From a virus (Duplodnaviria; Caudoviricetes): 61,482 nucleotides of DNA. The notes beneath the pieces were generated by a model. It was not told the DNA's origin. It did no database searches and saw only the letters and a program-made list of their open reading frames with translations. Below are positions 27,690 through 36,891 of this stretch, piece by piece. How positions within the stretch are numbered: the first letter of the stretch is position 1; each line of letters starts with the position of its first letter. The stretch is taken from IMG/VR virus record IMGVR_UViG_3300032288_001094, positions 1-61,482 of that record; one strand, 5' to 3'. A program made the translations under genes and the position numbers.

Positions 27690-28048
27690 GCTGCTGCTCC
27701 TTCTCTCTTGGCTTTTTGCCGTGCGCGGTAGCGTCGATCACGTTCACGCCGAAGCGCACGCTCGTGCTCCAACTTGTCCTCTGACTTCACCCCGAGACTC
27801 GGGGCGATCACAGGGATGTACACCTCCCGATACCACTTGACCACTTCGGGCAACCGATACATCACCCGGTTGGGATGCGTTCGGAACCCGCAGTCCCTAC
27901 CGCGCAAGGAAACTTTCGGCGCACCGTCTACATGCAATGCTTTCGCCAGAGCCTGTGTGGTGATGCCTAGCTTTTCTGCGATCTCCGCAACGGTGTGCAA
28001 TGGCTTGCGCCCCTTACTGCGCTGCATATCAGCGATGTCCCACCTCAT
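27686..28048 (-). CDS. HTH DNA-binding protein (excisionase/Nu1-like)
   Basis: TVAEIAEKLGITTQAL...YRLPEVVKWY. Confidence 0.55.
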   Translation of the reverse strand: MRWDIADMQRSKGRKPLHTVAEIAEKLGITTQALAKALHVDGAPKVSLRGRDCGFRTHPNRVMYRLPEVVKWYREVYIPVIAPSLGVKSEDKLEHERALRRERDRRYRARQKAKREGAAA

Positions 28049-28164
28049 GACACCCACCCCGCCCATGCAGCAAACACCACCAGTGCAATGCAGAGGAAGG
28101 CCACCGCGCCGATCAGCGCGAAGTGGCCCAGTGCGTCGATGTCGTCTTCTTCGTACCGATTCAT
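28045..28164 (-). CDS. Small single-TM protein
   Basis: MNRYEEDD followed by a hydrophobic helix; AAGGAG SD. Confidence 0.5.
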   Translation of the reverse strand: MNRYEEDDIDALGHFALIGAVAFLCIALVVFAAWAGWVS

Positions 28165-28175
28165 GGGCCTTCTCC

Positions 28176-28979
28176 TTACTGGGGGATGGGGTAGGACAGC
28201 TTCTCGGGCAGCACCAACTTGCTGACGGCTTGCCCACGGCAGAACAACTGAATGGCGCGCTCTACCTTCTTGGCTGTCTCCAGGCGTGCAGCGCCGATCC
28301 ACGCACCACCCGCAGCCTGCAGCAGGTACTCGCGCAGGCGGATGGCAGCGTTCTCGTGCGGGCCACTGATCTCGCCAGTAGCCATGATCTCACCGAAGCG
28401 CTTGAGCTTGTCTCGGGATTCGCCCGCTTGCTCGGCGCAGAAGTAGCACGCTGTGATTGCCGCAGTCGTCAGGAACCTGCGACGCTGCGCGGACAGTGAG
28501 TGCGCAAACCGCAGGGGCTCCGAGTACTTCTCGATGTAGTCCTGTAACTGCGACACCGACTTCTGGTGCACGTCACTACCCATGTTGCCGAGCAGCACAC
28601 GCGCTATGGCCACGATGTTGCGGTCGATCCAGTCCTCACCACCCGCGATCTTGATGGCGTCATGCGCCTGCCGTGGAATGTGTTGGTCGATCATCTGCGC
28701 AGCTAGGCGCGGGACGTTGCGCGTGACGAGGAACGTCACCGGCTTGTTGTACACCGTCACTGCGAACAGGCGATGCTGCCCATCGGCAAGCGTGCCGTCC
28801 TCGTAGAAGGCGATGCCCTGGTGCGACACCTGCCACCGGCCCTCCGACATATCCTTGGCGTAGCGATGCGCGATGTCCTCTCGCATGTGGCGGTTGTTGG
28901 TGTTCTGGGCTAGCCACTGGTGGGCCAGGGCGGGTGAGACTGAGACGAACTCGGTCGTGATCTTTGCTTTTCTTGCCAT
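28176..28979 (-). CDS. ParB/Srx-like DGQHR domain protein
   Basis: NR...YAKDM...GTLADGQHRLFAV; AGGAG SD. Confidence 0.75.
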   Translation of the reverse strand: MARKAKITTEFVSVSPALAHQWLAQNTNNRHMREDIAHRYAKDMSEGRWQVSHQGIAFYEDGTLADGQHRLFAVTVYNKPVTFLVTRNVPRLAAQMIDQHIPRQAHDAIKIAGGEDWIDRNIVAIARVLLGNMGSDVHQKSVSQLQDYIEKYSEPLRFAHSLSAQRRRFLTTAAITACYFCAEQAGESRDKLKRFGEIMATGEISGPHENAAIRLREYLLQAAGGAWIGAARLETAKKVERAIQLFCRGQAVSKLVLPEKLSYPIPQ

Positions 28980-29257
28980 GTTGTTTCTCCTAAAAGAGTG
29001 CTGGTGGTAGTCCCGCCACCGGATCGGGTTTTGGTTGTCGCTTGGGTTTGTATGGACGGCCCTTCCACGTTGGGAAGGGCCAGACTTTGGGCGGCGGGTC
29101 TAGTGCTTCTTCTGCACGACGATTGGTTTTGCGAGTAGCCATCGGTCACCCAGTTGACGCACAGACTTGACCCACTGCCGTTGGTTGTGGCGCTGTGTAT
29201 GGATGGGTACGTAGTCCACCGCAAACAACTGACGCACCATCTTCAGTGCTTTGGTTT

Positions 29258-29431
29258 TCATTGGTTCACCTCCTCGATAGATTCGACAGCCCAGTCAGCG
29301 TCGCCGTGCGCCCAGTCTGGATCGTTCTCAATCTCATCAAGCGCCAACTCTTCGGCCTCATCTTGAGATTCAGCATCGACCATCACCGTGACGTAGGACG
29401 TGCGGCACAGTTCAACAGCAAAGCGCTTCAT
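29258..29431 (-). CDS. Small acidic hypothetical protein
   Basis: MKRFAVEL...VDAESQDEAEELA. Confidence 0.5.
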   Translation of the reverse strand: MKRFAVELCRTSYVTVMVDAESQDEAEELALDEIENDPDWAHGDADWAVESIEEVNQ

Positions 29432-29433
29432 AC

Positions 29434-29874
29434 TCAAACCCTCCCAAAGAAGAACGCCACGAAGCGTTGCTTCCACGTCAGGTTGTAGTGCGGCTGCGGT
29501 ACAGGCATCTCAATAAATTTGATCTCGCCCAATGTCGGCGGCGCCTTCAGCGCTTCCATCTCTTCTGCCGACACAATCGGCGCTGCAGGTACAGCCGCTG
29601 CCTTCTTCGAGTACTTGCCACTCTTCACATACTTGCGCTTGGGTACGATTTTGGCCAGATCGCGCTCGCGCTTGGCCTTTGCCTTGGCTTTCTTCTGTCG
29701 GCTACGCTCGTAGGCCATGACCCCGTACACGTACTGCGGCTTGCACCCCACATCGAGCGCCACTTGCGTGGGCGGTACACCACTGGCCAACAGTTCTCGA
29801 ATCATCGCGGACTTGTTGATCTTGGTGGGGGTGATTGTGGTGACGTTGTTGGTGGTTTGTTGAGTTTGGTTCAT
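29434..29874 (-). CDS. HTH protein with basic region, candidate autoregulated repressor
   Basis: NKSAMIRELLASGVPPTQVALDVGCKPQYVYGV; AGGAG SD; directly downstream of a promoter and palindromic site. Confidence 0.6.
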   Translation of the reverse strand: MNQTQQTTNNVTTITPTKINKSAMIRELLASGVPPTQVALDVGCKPQYVYGVMAYERSRQKKAKAKAKRERDLAKIVPKRKYVKSGKYSKKAAAVPAAPIVSAEEMEALKAPPTLGEIKFIEMPVPQPHYNLTWKQRFVAFFFGRV

Positions 29875-29914
29875 GCTATTTCTCCTGTTGATTTGAGACT
29901 CGGGTCTTTGCCCG

Positions 29915-29949
29915 AGTCCAAGTTTAGACAATGTATCGTTGGGTTGCAA
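29915..29949 (-). promoter_or_regulatory. Sigma70 promoter with overlapping palindromic site
   Basis: Minus TTGCAA-17-TAAACT; plus agtcca-agtt-tagaca at 29915-29930 covers the -10 box. Confidence 0.6.
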
Positions 29950-29955
29950 GCCCCC

Positions 29956-31080
29956 TCAGTGCATCTGAACTCCTGCAAACAAATCTTCCAAAATGTCACG
30001 GGCAGGTTGCCCGTCGTACAGCATCTCCTCAGCCCAGGCCAACACCTCATCGGTCAGCCGGTTCTTGTTCATCTGGCGCTTGGCCACCACTGGGTCTTCG
30101 GGATAGATGTGCTCGGCAATCAGGTTGATGAGCGTGGTGGGGCGTCCAAACGCGGCATCGTCGAGCGCTTCCTGCAACTCGACCTCAAGGGTGTACTCGG
30201 GAATGAACGCGCCCTTGACCTGATGCACACCATCCAGACCATCGTCGCCCACAGCGCCCCAGTCGTAGCCCTTGTTCCAACCCCAGTCGTCCACATCCTT
30301 GACGCTCGGGTCACGGTCAGTGGGCAGCGCATCCCAGTCGATGGCAGCGCAGGCATCGGCAAGGAACTGCAGATACACCACGTCGATCTTCTCCTTGTCA
30401 CCATGCGCACCCTCGTAGCCCACGCTGATGTTGGTGCACTCGGGGATCAGGCCGGTGAACTCTGCGGTATCGGTGTAAACACCAGTGTTGTCAGGCGAGA
30501 GGAACAGCGCGTCGTATGACGCAGCGTTGAGCGCATCGGCCAGGGCCATAGCGAAGGTGTCGGAGCAGCAGCGCCCACCGAACTGGTGCGTAATCACGCT
30601 GTCGATACCCTTGCGGTCGAAGGCAATGGCGCGGTCGAACTGCAGCAGCGTGGCGTCGTCGTAGTCGGCCAGGAACTTGGCACCGATACCGCCGCACTCC
30701 TCACCCTGACTGAAGATGTAGTAGCCAGGGACACCGCTGTGCATGAGGTGCATCAGCACGGCCACACCTGCACCATCGTCAGCGCCCAGGCATTGATCCT
30801 TCATGCCTGCACTCCAGTGCGTATCGGACTTATCCACCACGTTGTCGCCGCCTGTGCGGTGCACCGTGTCCACGTGAGCGATGAAGAGGGTTCTGTTATC
30901 TGTACTTTCTCTGGCATCCACGTGCATGTTGCCTGCTGCATCAATGCTGCAACCCAGGTGCTCGGGCAGGTTGTTCATCAGCCACATCAGCAGCGTGGCA
31001 ACCTCGGGCGATCCATGTGGGCGGCGCAGGGACAGCGCAGCGTCGAGGGTCTTGAACAGGATGGTGTTGGTCTGTGTCAT
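29956..31080 (-). CDS. M20/M28-family zinc peptidase
   Basis: AHVDT, LGADDGAG, GEECG, FDR, YTD, GYEGAH metal-ligand pattern; AAGGAG SD before MTQTN. Confidence 0.85.
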   Translation of the reverse strand: MTQTNTILFKTLDAALSLRRPHGSPEVATLLMWLMNNLPEHLGCSIDAAGNMHVDARESTDNRTLFIAHVDTVHRTGGDNVVDKSDTHWSAGMKDQCLGADDGAGVAVLMHLMHSGVPGYYIFSQGEECGGIGAKFLADYDDATLLQFDRAIAFDRKGIDSVITHQFGGRCCSDTFAMALADALNAASYDALFLSPDNTGVYTDTAEFTGLIPECTNISVGYEGAHGDKEKIDVVYLQFLADACAAIDWDALPTDRDPSVKDVDDWGWNKGYDWGAVGDDGLDGVHQVKGAFIPEYTLEVELQEALDDAAFGRPTTLINLIAEHIYPEDPVVAKRQMNKNRLTDEVLAWAEEMLYDGQPARDILEDLFAGVQMH

Positions 31081-31100
31081 GGTGTTTCTCCTTGTGTTGA

Positions 31101-32420
31101 TCATTCAGTTTCTTCTTCGCCGCGCAACTCGGCGATCTCGTCGGCGTCATCGTCCTCGTGGTACCACTGGCCGTCGATCTCTACGCACTCATCACGCAGG
31201 TCGTACTCGTCGTTGTGCTTGCACACAATGCGTCGGTCACCATCGGGATACCACTCGCCGTCACGGTCTACGAATACGCAGTCGCTCTGCTCTTGGTAAT
31301 CACCATCGACATCACACACGATGTCGTTGTCGTGCAGGTAGTCACAGTGGTAGTAGTTGCCGTTGACCTCGACTGACTCGTCGTAGGTGAACCAGTACTC
31401 GTTGCCACTGCGTCCGTAGCCATACACGAACTCGTTGTCACGGCAAGAAGGACAGATGCGGTAGTCCTCGTGATACCCGGCGTAGGTGGCGTCGTCCTCG
31501 TCGAACGAGTCGCCGCAGTGCTCGCACGTCGCAGACTCCGCCTCGTCTGGCTCACCGCCCGTGTTGTTGCAGGTGTACTCAGCCTCGCAATCCTCGACGA
31601 TGTGTAGGAACTTGCTGCCGTCAGGCTCCAGGCCCATACGCACACCCTGCTCATCACCATCGAGGTAGGGCGCGAGGAACGACTCGCTCCACCCGTTGCG
31701 GCGCTTGATGTACGCGAAGCGTGAGCCGTTCCACCCGCTGTCCTTCTCGTAGCCCTGCGCCCTGAGCCATGCCTCCAGTTGCTCGTCGGCGTTGCTGTAG
31801 CCACCATTGCGGTCACGTTTGTAGGAACGCACGAAGCGCTTGCCGTTGGCATCCTCGCAGCACAGGCAGCGGCCACAGATCACGCCGTCAGCCTCACGGC
31901 GCAGCGCCAAGTGCCACCCATACTCGGGCTTGTACACGCTGTACGGATGCTCGTCGATGTCGCTGTTCTCCCACGACATGCACGACTTGGGCCCCTGCTG
32001 CACACCCTGCACGATCTCCTCGACTGTGCGAGCGAAGTACATGGAAGACTTCAGTGGTGAGTGCAGGGCCACGAGATCACGGACGTAGTGATCAGGCAGC
32101 ATCGGGAAGTGGCGCATGAGGTAGCGCCCCATCGTTGTCGTCACCACCCGGTCGGCCTCACCTGCACGCTCGTCACGGGTGTAGGCAATCTTGAACGGGT
32201 CGGACTCGGACGTGTGCGGCCACTCAAGCAGGAGCAGGTGCCAGTCAGCAGGGCGGCACAGGCGCATCGCTGCGTCCACGATGGGGTGCAGGGGGAAAGC
32301 GTGTCGTTGGCGGTTGAACCAACGGCGGTATTTGGCCACGACCCACGACGCATCACGGAACACAATGCCCATCAGCACCTCGTCGTAGTCGGGGTCAAGT
32401 TTCTCAAGGTTGTAAGACAT
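31101..32420 (-). CDS. Conserved phage protein with SCM / APYLD motifs and Cys/His/acidic C-terminal repeats
   Basis: GPKSCMSW, CGRCL, APYLDG, CEHC...CPSC; GGAGG SD. Confidence 0.65.
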   Translation of the reverse strand: MSYNLEKLDPDYDEVLMGIVFRDASWVVAKYRRWFNRQRHAFPLHPIVDAAMRLCRPADWHLLLLEWPHTSESDPFKIAYTRDERAGEADRVVTTTMGRYLMRHFPMLPDHYVRDLVALHSPLKSSMYFARTVEEIVQGVQQGPKSCMSWENSDIDEHPYSVYKPEYGWHLALRREADGVICGRCLCCEDANGKRFVRSYKRDRNGGYSNADEQLEAWLRAQGYEKDSGWNGSRFAYIKRRNGWSESFLAPYLDGDEQGVRMGLEPDGSKFLHIVEDCEAEYTCNNTGGEPDEAESATCEHCGDSFDEDDATYAGYHEDYRICPSCRDNEFVYGYGRSGNEYWFTYDESVEVNGNYYHCDYLHDNDIVCDVDGDYQEQSDCVFVDRDGEWYPDGDRRIVCKHNDEYDLRDECVEIDGQWYHEDDDADEIAELRGEEETE

Positions 32421-32505
32421 GATTGAAACCTCCAGTTGAAAGGAACTACAGAAAGGACGGGGAGCCGAAGCTCCCCACGAGATGGGGAGAAATCTCCCCA
32501 AACTT

Positions 32506-33477
32506 TTAGGCGGCAGCGAGTGCCAACTCCACCGCCCGGTTCTTCAGCGTGTCGCCTGGGCCCCACAGGGCGGATGCCTTGCGGTTCTCCTCGTTGTGTG
32601 CACGGATGTGGTGATCCGTGTACTCGGTCACTGCGTTGAGCCAACCCCACGCAGTCTCTTGCGCTGTCTCAAGCACGGCACCCTTGGCCGCGCCGTTGAA
32701 CAACTCCATCACCCGCACGAACCCACGCGACTCGCGCACTGCATCGGCGTCCTTGGCACCGGTCTTGAACAGGTGGACGGTCATGTCCTCGGCCAGGGTG
32801 CGGGACACCTTGATGCCTGCCAGTAGGCGGGCGGTTTCCATAAAGGAGCGGAACTCCTCGTTGGCGTTCTCCATCACACCGCGCACCTCGTCTGCCTTGA
32901 ACTCAGACCGGTGCGTCACCCGCACTGCGGCCTTGGCATCGCGTGCCATGCTCAGGGTGTTGTTGCACACCACGCGCACTGTCGTCCACCGGGCCTCGGT
33001 TGCGAGCGATCCATCCGCACTGGTGGAGAGCAGGGCATAGGGCACAACCTTGTCCGAGTACCCATCGACGCATACGCCTTCGGCGAGCTTGGCGGTAGCA
33101 AAGTACCGCTTGCCACCAAACAAAACCCCGGCGCTTTCAATCGTCATGCCACCGGCCTGCGCCCAGTCACGGAAGAACTCCAGCACCTCACGGGGCTGAA
33201 CCACCTTGTAGCTGTCGGAGACAACGCCCAGTGCATCCTTCGTGTCCGAACGGAACAGCACCACCTTGTCCTTCACCACCTTCATCTGGTCTGCGTTCTG
33301 CCCACGCTCGGTGGCGTAGCGCACGTAGCCACGCTGCACCTCGTAGTCCATGCCTGCGGCGGCTTGCCAGTCTTCAATAGACTGGTTCGGAACCATCAGT
33401 TGCCCCAGGCCGTGCCACTCGCGCTGAGTGGATGCGTATTGAGCGACGCCGTTCTTGATCATGATTTGATGTGCCAT
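32506..33477 (-). CDS. DUF932 phage/plasmid protein
   Basis: WHGLG, YKVVQP, SAGVLFGG, TVRVVCNNTL, TAWGWLNAVTEYTDH; AAGGAG SD. Confidence 0.85.
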   Translation of the reverse strand: MAHQIMIKNGVAQYASTQREWHGLGQLMVPNQSIEDWQAAAGMDYEVQRGYVRYATERGQNADQMKVVKDKVVLFRSDTKDALGVVSDSYKVVQPREVLEFFRDWAQAGGMTIESAGVLFGGKRYFATAKLAEGVCVDGYSDKVVPYALLSTSADGSLATEARWTTVRVVCNNTLSMARDAKAAVRVTHRSEFKADEVRGVMENANEEFRSFMETARLLAGIKVSRTLAEDMTVHLFKTGAKDADAVRESRGFVRVMELFNGAAKGAVLETAQETAWGWLNAVTEYTDHHIRAHNEENRKASALWGPGDTLKNRAVELALAAA

Positions 33478-33815
33478 TTGGTTTCTCCTTTGAGAGTCGG
33501 GGCGGAAGTCCCGCCGCCCCATCGGGTTGTCCAATGGTGGACAGTGTACACCCTTCCCAAACCTATGGGAAGTATCGGGCTGAAAAAAACTGGGGAGAAA
33601 TCTCCCCGGTCACTGGATGGTGTGGCGCACGTACCCATACCGGTGCAGCACGCGCTTGGCTGCGTCGTATGCGTCCTGTCGGGTGGGCCTGATGACCACC
33701 AGCGGAGCACCGGGCGCGATGCGTGAACCTCTGTAGTGCAGATGTGCGTGCCAGTGCCCATCCGCCTCGTGGCTCAGGTCAATCGTGGCCAGCGCCAGTG
33801 TGATGCCGCTTCTAT

Positions 33816-34034
33816 TCATACCATTGCCTCCATCGCCTTGACCCACACCTCGGCGGCAGCGTGCGCCCCCTCACGGGTGTCGTAGCGGTTGCTGCTCACG
33901 TGGTCGTCGCCTGCGTAGCAGTACACGTAGTAGCCCCAGGTTGTCTCGGTCACGTTGAAGCACACCGACGCGTTGAAGAACCTGTCTTCGGACGAGAAGA
34001 GGAAGTCGGTGTTGTTGATGCTTTTGATGTTCAT
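33816..34034 (-). CDS. Hypothetical early protein
   Basis: 72 aa, AAGGA SD, coupled overlap. Confidence 0.5.
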   Translation of the reverse strand: MNIKSINNTDFLFSSEDRFFNASVCFNVTETTWGYYVYCYAGDDHVSSNRYDTREGAHAAAEVWVKAMEAMV

Positions 34035-34245
34035 GCTTGGTTCCTTTGGCTCAGGTACATGTTGAAGAACTTGGTGAACAGGTCGGGGAACGCCGCGCGC
34101 AGTCGCTCCTTGTTGTGGCTATCCGCCACGAAGTAGGCGTGGGCGATGTAGCTTGCGAAGTGCCCGCCGACGGACATCATGCCTGCGGCGTGCGTGAAGT
34201 CGTCGTCACTGGTGGGTCTGGGTTGAATGTGGGTGATGTTGTCTT

Positions 34246-34425
34246 TCACTTGGCTTCTCCTTTCACTTGGTAGATCAGGTTGTTCAGTCGGTGGAGTGCC
34301 GCCTCGTTGAAGTTGGTGCACTGCTCCCACTTGGCTCTGTCCTGCATGAACTCTGCGGTGTGGCGCACTAGCGCCTCGATGATGTGCAGTTGGTACAGCA
34401 GTTCTTCTTGCTCGGTCTTGGTCAT
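34246..34425 (-). CDS. Hypothetical early protein
   Basis: AAGGAG SD immediately after palindrome copy 3. Confidence 0.5.
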   Translation of the reverse strand: MTKTEQEELLYQLHIIEALVRHTAEFMQDRAKWEQCTNFNEAALHRLNNLIYQVKGEAK

Positions 34426-34455
34426 GATCACTCTCCTTGGGGAGATTTCTCCCCG

Positions 34456-35115
34456 TCATTGCTGCCAGAAAAGAAACCACGGGTCGCGGGCAGCACTTCG
34501 CTTGCCGTGGATGGGTGTGCAATATGTGTACAGGTATTTCAGCCGGGTTAACTCCTCTCGGGTTATATAGGTCAGTGGATTGGCTTCCTCCATCGTGGGT
34601 TTTATTGGCGTGCCCTTGAGTTTTGATTTGGACGTGGCGGTATCTCGTATTTGTTTGAGCAGGGTGGCGTAATAACCGAAGAAGGTTTCGTGGGGTTTGT
34701 ATTCGGCCTGGTTTTTATTGGCCACCATCGACCTGTACCGCAGGTAGGTGTTGCTTGCCCACTGGAACTCGTCACGCACGGCGTTGAGCAGGGCGGCGTT
34801 CCAGTTCTCGCGTCTGGTGCGAGCGTGGGCTGCATAGGTTCGGTCAGGCATGACGCTGTTCTTGAAGTGATCGCGTTCGCGCCGGTCGATGGCGTCGAGG
34901 TAGACAGGCGACACCCTGCTGTGGGAGGTGTGCCGGGCTTGTTCACGTTCGCGCTTGGTCATCGCCTTGTAGGGTTTGGGCGGACAGCACGCGTTGCAGG
35001 AGGATTCGAGGCGCAGCTTGCGCCCTGACCAACGCCGGAAGAAGCGCATGGGGAGGTCACGAGAGCACAGCGTGCAGCGCTGCGTGGTGGGTGTGGAGAG
35101 GGTGTTGAGTGTCAT
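34456..35115 (-). CDS. Hypothetical protein with N-terminal CxxC...CxxC zinc finger
   Basis: CTLC...CNAC; lies next to the long inverted repeat. Confidence 0.55.
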   Translation of the reverse strand: MTLNTLSTPTTQRCTLCSRDLPMRFFRRWSGRKLRLESSCNACCPPKPYKAMTKREREQARHTSHSRVSPVYLDAIDRRERDHFKNSVMPDRTYAAHARTRRENWNAALLNAVRDEFQWASNTYLRYRSMVANKNQAEYKPHETFFGYYATLLKQIRDTATSKSKLKGTPIKPTMEEANPLTYITREELTRLKYLYTYCTPIHGKRSAARDPWFLFWQQ

Positions 35116-35135
35116 GGTAGTGTCAGTTTGGTGTA

Positions 35136-35445
35136 AGGGTTTGGGTAGCTGACCGGCTCCTCACTAGGTCTGGGCGCAACATTGGGTAAGAGCAAGTCGT
35201 TGATTCTACTCAGGGTGCAGCTACTACTACCCAACTACCCATTTTTTTGGGCATACACAACCGGCAAAGTTTTTTTAAGAAAAAAGCTGGCGTTCTTGGA
35301 CGTACAACAACAAATCTTTTTGGTGTACCTCTATATATATGGGTAGTTGGGTAGTAGTAGTAGTAGTTCGTTACAAAACAACGGCTTACGCTTACCCAAT
35401 GTTGCGCCCGTAGGTAGTGAGGAGGTGGGTAGCTACCCAAAACCT
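35136..35445. repeat. Long imperfect inverted repeat with AT-rich spacer (candidate replication origin)
   Basis: Arms 35136-35242 and 35339-35445 are near reverse complements. Confidence 0.8.
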
Positions 35446-35499
35446 AGGGTAAACCCTGACAAAAGTTGGACACGGGGAGAAGTCTCCCCGGTCGGGCCT

Positions 35500-35697
35500 T
35501 CAGCGGCGCCCTTTGATGGGCAGTGAGGCGAGCTTTATTTCTTGCCAAGTCTCGTAGCGCTCGGCGTTGTCGAGGGCGCGTTGCTTGCGGCGGTTGTCTT
35601 CGCCTCTGCGGACGCACTCGGCGCGGAGTTCGGCAAGGCGGGCTTTGATGTGCTCGGGGATGTTGGAGCCGAGACGCAGGTTGAGTTGCTTGGACAT
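35500..35697 (-). CDS. Hypothetical early protein
   Basis: 65 aa, AGGAG SD. Confidence 0.55.
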   Translation of the reverse strand: MSKQLNLRLGSNIPEHIKARLAELRAECVRRGEDNRRKQRALDNAERYETWQEIKLASLPIKGRR

Positions 35698-35712
35698 GGT
35701 GATCTCCTGGGG

Positions 35713-35946
35713 TTAGATTTTTTGGAAGGTGTAGGTCAGGCAGTCGCAGGCAAGGACGCCTGCATCTGTGGCGTCGTGGCGGTTCTTAAACTCCGGTTCG
35801 TCGCTGACGCCGATGCAGTACCCCGGCTTGTAGTCGAGAAGCCACTCGTTGAGTTGATCCTGTTCGTCGTCGGTCAAGCCAGTGGCATCGTCGTTGACGA
35901 GTGCAGACGCCCAGAAGTCGGGCAGGATGTAGGTCACAGTTAGCAT
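35713..35946 (-). CDS. Conserved small phage protein (LPxFWASALVNDDATGL)
   Basis: GGAGG SD before ATG at 35946. Confidence 0.6.
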   Translation of the reverse strand: MLTVTYILPDFWASALVNDDATGLTDDEQDQLNEWLLDYKPGYCIGVSDEPEFKNRHDATDAGVLACDCLTYTFQKI

Positions 35947-36049
35947 GGAAACCTCCAGAGTCAAAACTTGCGGTTATAAGGACGGAATAGGCGCAACCCC
36001 CTCGCGCTGAGGGAGTGCGCCAGGAATCGGGGAGAAATCTCCCCAGGGA

Positions 36050-36475
36050 TCAGGCAAGGGCCTTGACGACGGCCTTCAGACGCGCCACATCGCCATCAAA
36101 CGCCGCCAGGAACCGAGCAAACGCCGCCTTCTCTGCGGCAGTCGTGCGGGTGGGCGCAACCGGGTCGGTGTGCTTGCTGGTCTTGCGGCTGATGTGGTAG
36201 CGGAACTTGGCCTTGGCCGCGTTGACGACGCGCTCGTGGGCGGCACTGCGCTTGGCGCGCGGCGTTGCCACGATCTTGCGAGCCTGCGCTTCGCTGATGG
36301 GCTTGCCATCGGCCTCAAGGTAGCCGAGCAGGAAGTTGGTGCAGAAGCCTTCCTCCCACGCGGCTTGCGTTGCGGGCTCGGCCTTGACGTAGGCTTTGTG
36401 CCAGACCAGGGAATGATCCAGGGTCTGACGAGCATGGGCGCCGAGTTGCCAAGCGAATTGATTGAGTGTTGCCAT
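36050..36475 (-). CDS. First gene of the early arm, hypothetical
   Basis: GGAGG SD; flanked on both sides by GGGGAGA palindromes. Confidence 0.6.
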   Translation of the reverse strand: MATLNQFAWQLGAHARQTLDHSLVWHKAYVKAEPATQAAWEEGFCTNFLLGYLEADGKPISEAQARKIVATPRAKRSAAHERVVNAAKAKFRYHISRKTSKHTDPVAPTRTTAAEKAAFARFLAAFDGDVARLKAVVKALA

Positions 36476-36779
36476 GATGGATACCTCCGAGTGATGTGGG
36501 GAGATTTCTCCCCGAGTTGTCGGCGGGACGATTCCCAACCGATGAATCTATTTTACCAAATGGGGTTTTCTGGGATTTTGAAAAACTGGGTATCTCGACC
36601 CCCACCATACCCCCACCCCCCGATATTGACAGCGAGGGGGCGGAGTTGTGTGAACACTAATCCCCAACCACACTCCACATTTTTTCAAAACTCAATATCT
36701 CAGCCACCAAAATAAACCCCCACCCCCATATAAAGCCAAAATAAATACCCCCCGGCATATTACAAAAATCCCAATAACT

Positions 36780-36799
36780 CTTGTCAAATATTTGACAAG
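36780..36799. promoter_or_regulatory. Perfect 20-bp palindrome CTTGTCAAATATTTGACAAG at the divergence point
   Basis: Read directly; contains TTGACA on both strands. Confidence 0.7.
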
Positions 36800-36891
36800 C
36801 ACAGGCGAAAAAAAGCCCCGCGCTTTGCAGCCGGGGCCAGATCAGTTTTAGCAACTGAAGGAGAAACAAACGCAACCAACCAAGGCAACGC

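Larger units (their letters stand above)
32484..36513. repeat. Six dispersed copies of the 16-bp palindrome GGGGAGA-NN-TCTCCCC
   Basis: 32484-32499, 33592-33607, 34439-34454, 35474-35489, 36029-36044, 36498-36513, all between the genes called here. Confidence 0.9.

Noticed and set aside
27686-28048. Integration module implied by an excisionase-like HTH
   Set aside because: No tyrosine or serine recombinase recognised in the genome
32484-36513. CRISPR array or intrinsic terminators
   Set aside because: Copies are 0.5-1.1 kb apart with genes between them, have 2-nt loops and lack consistent U tracts
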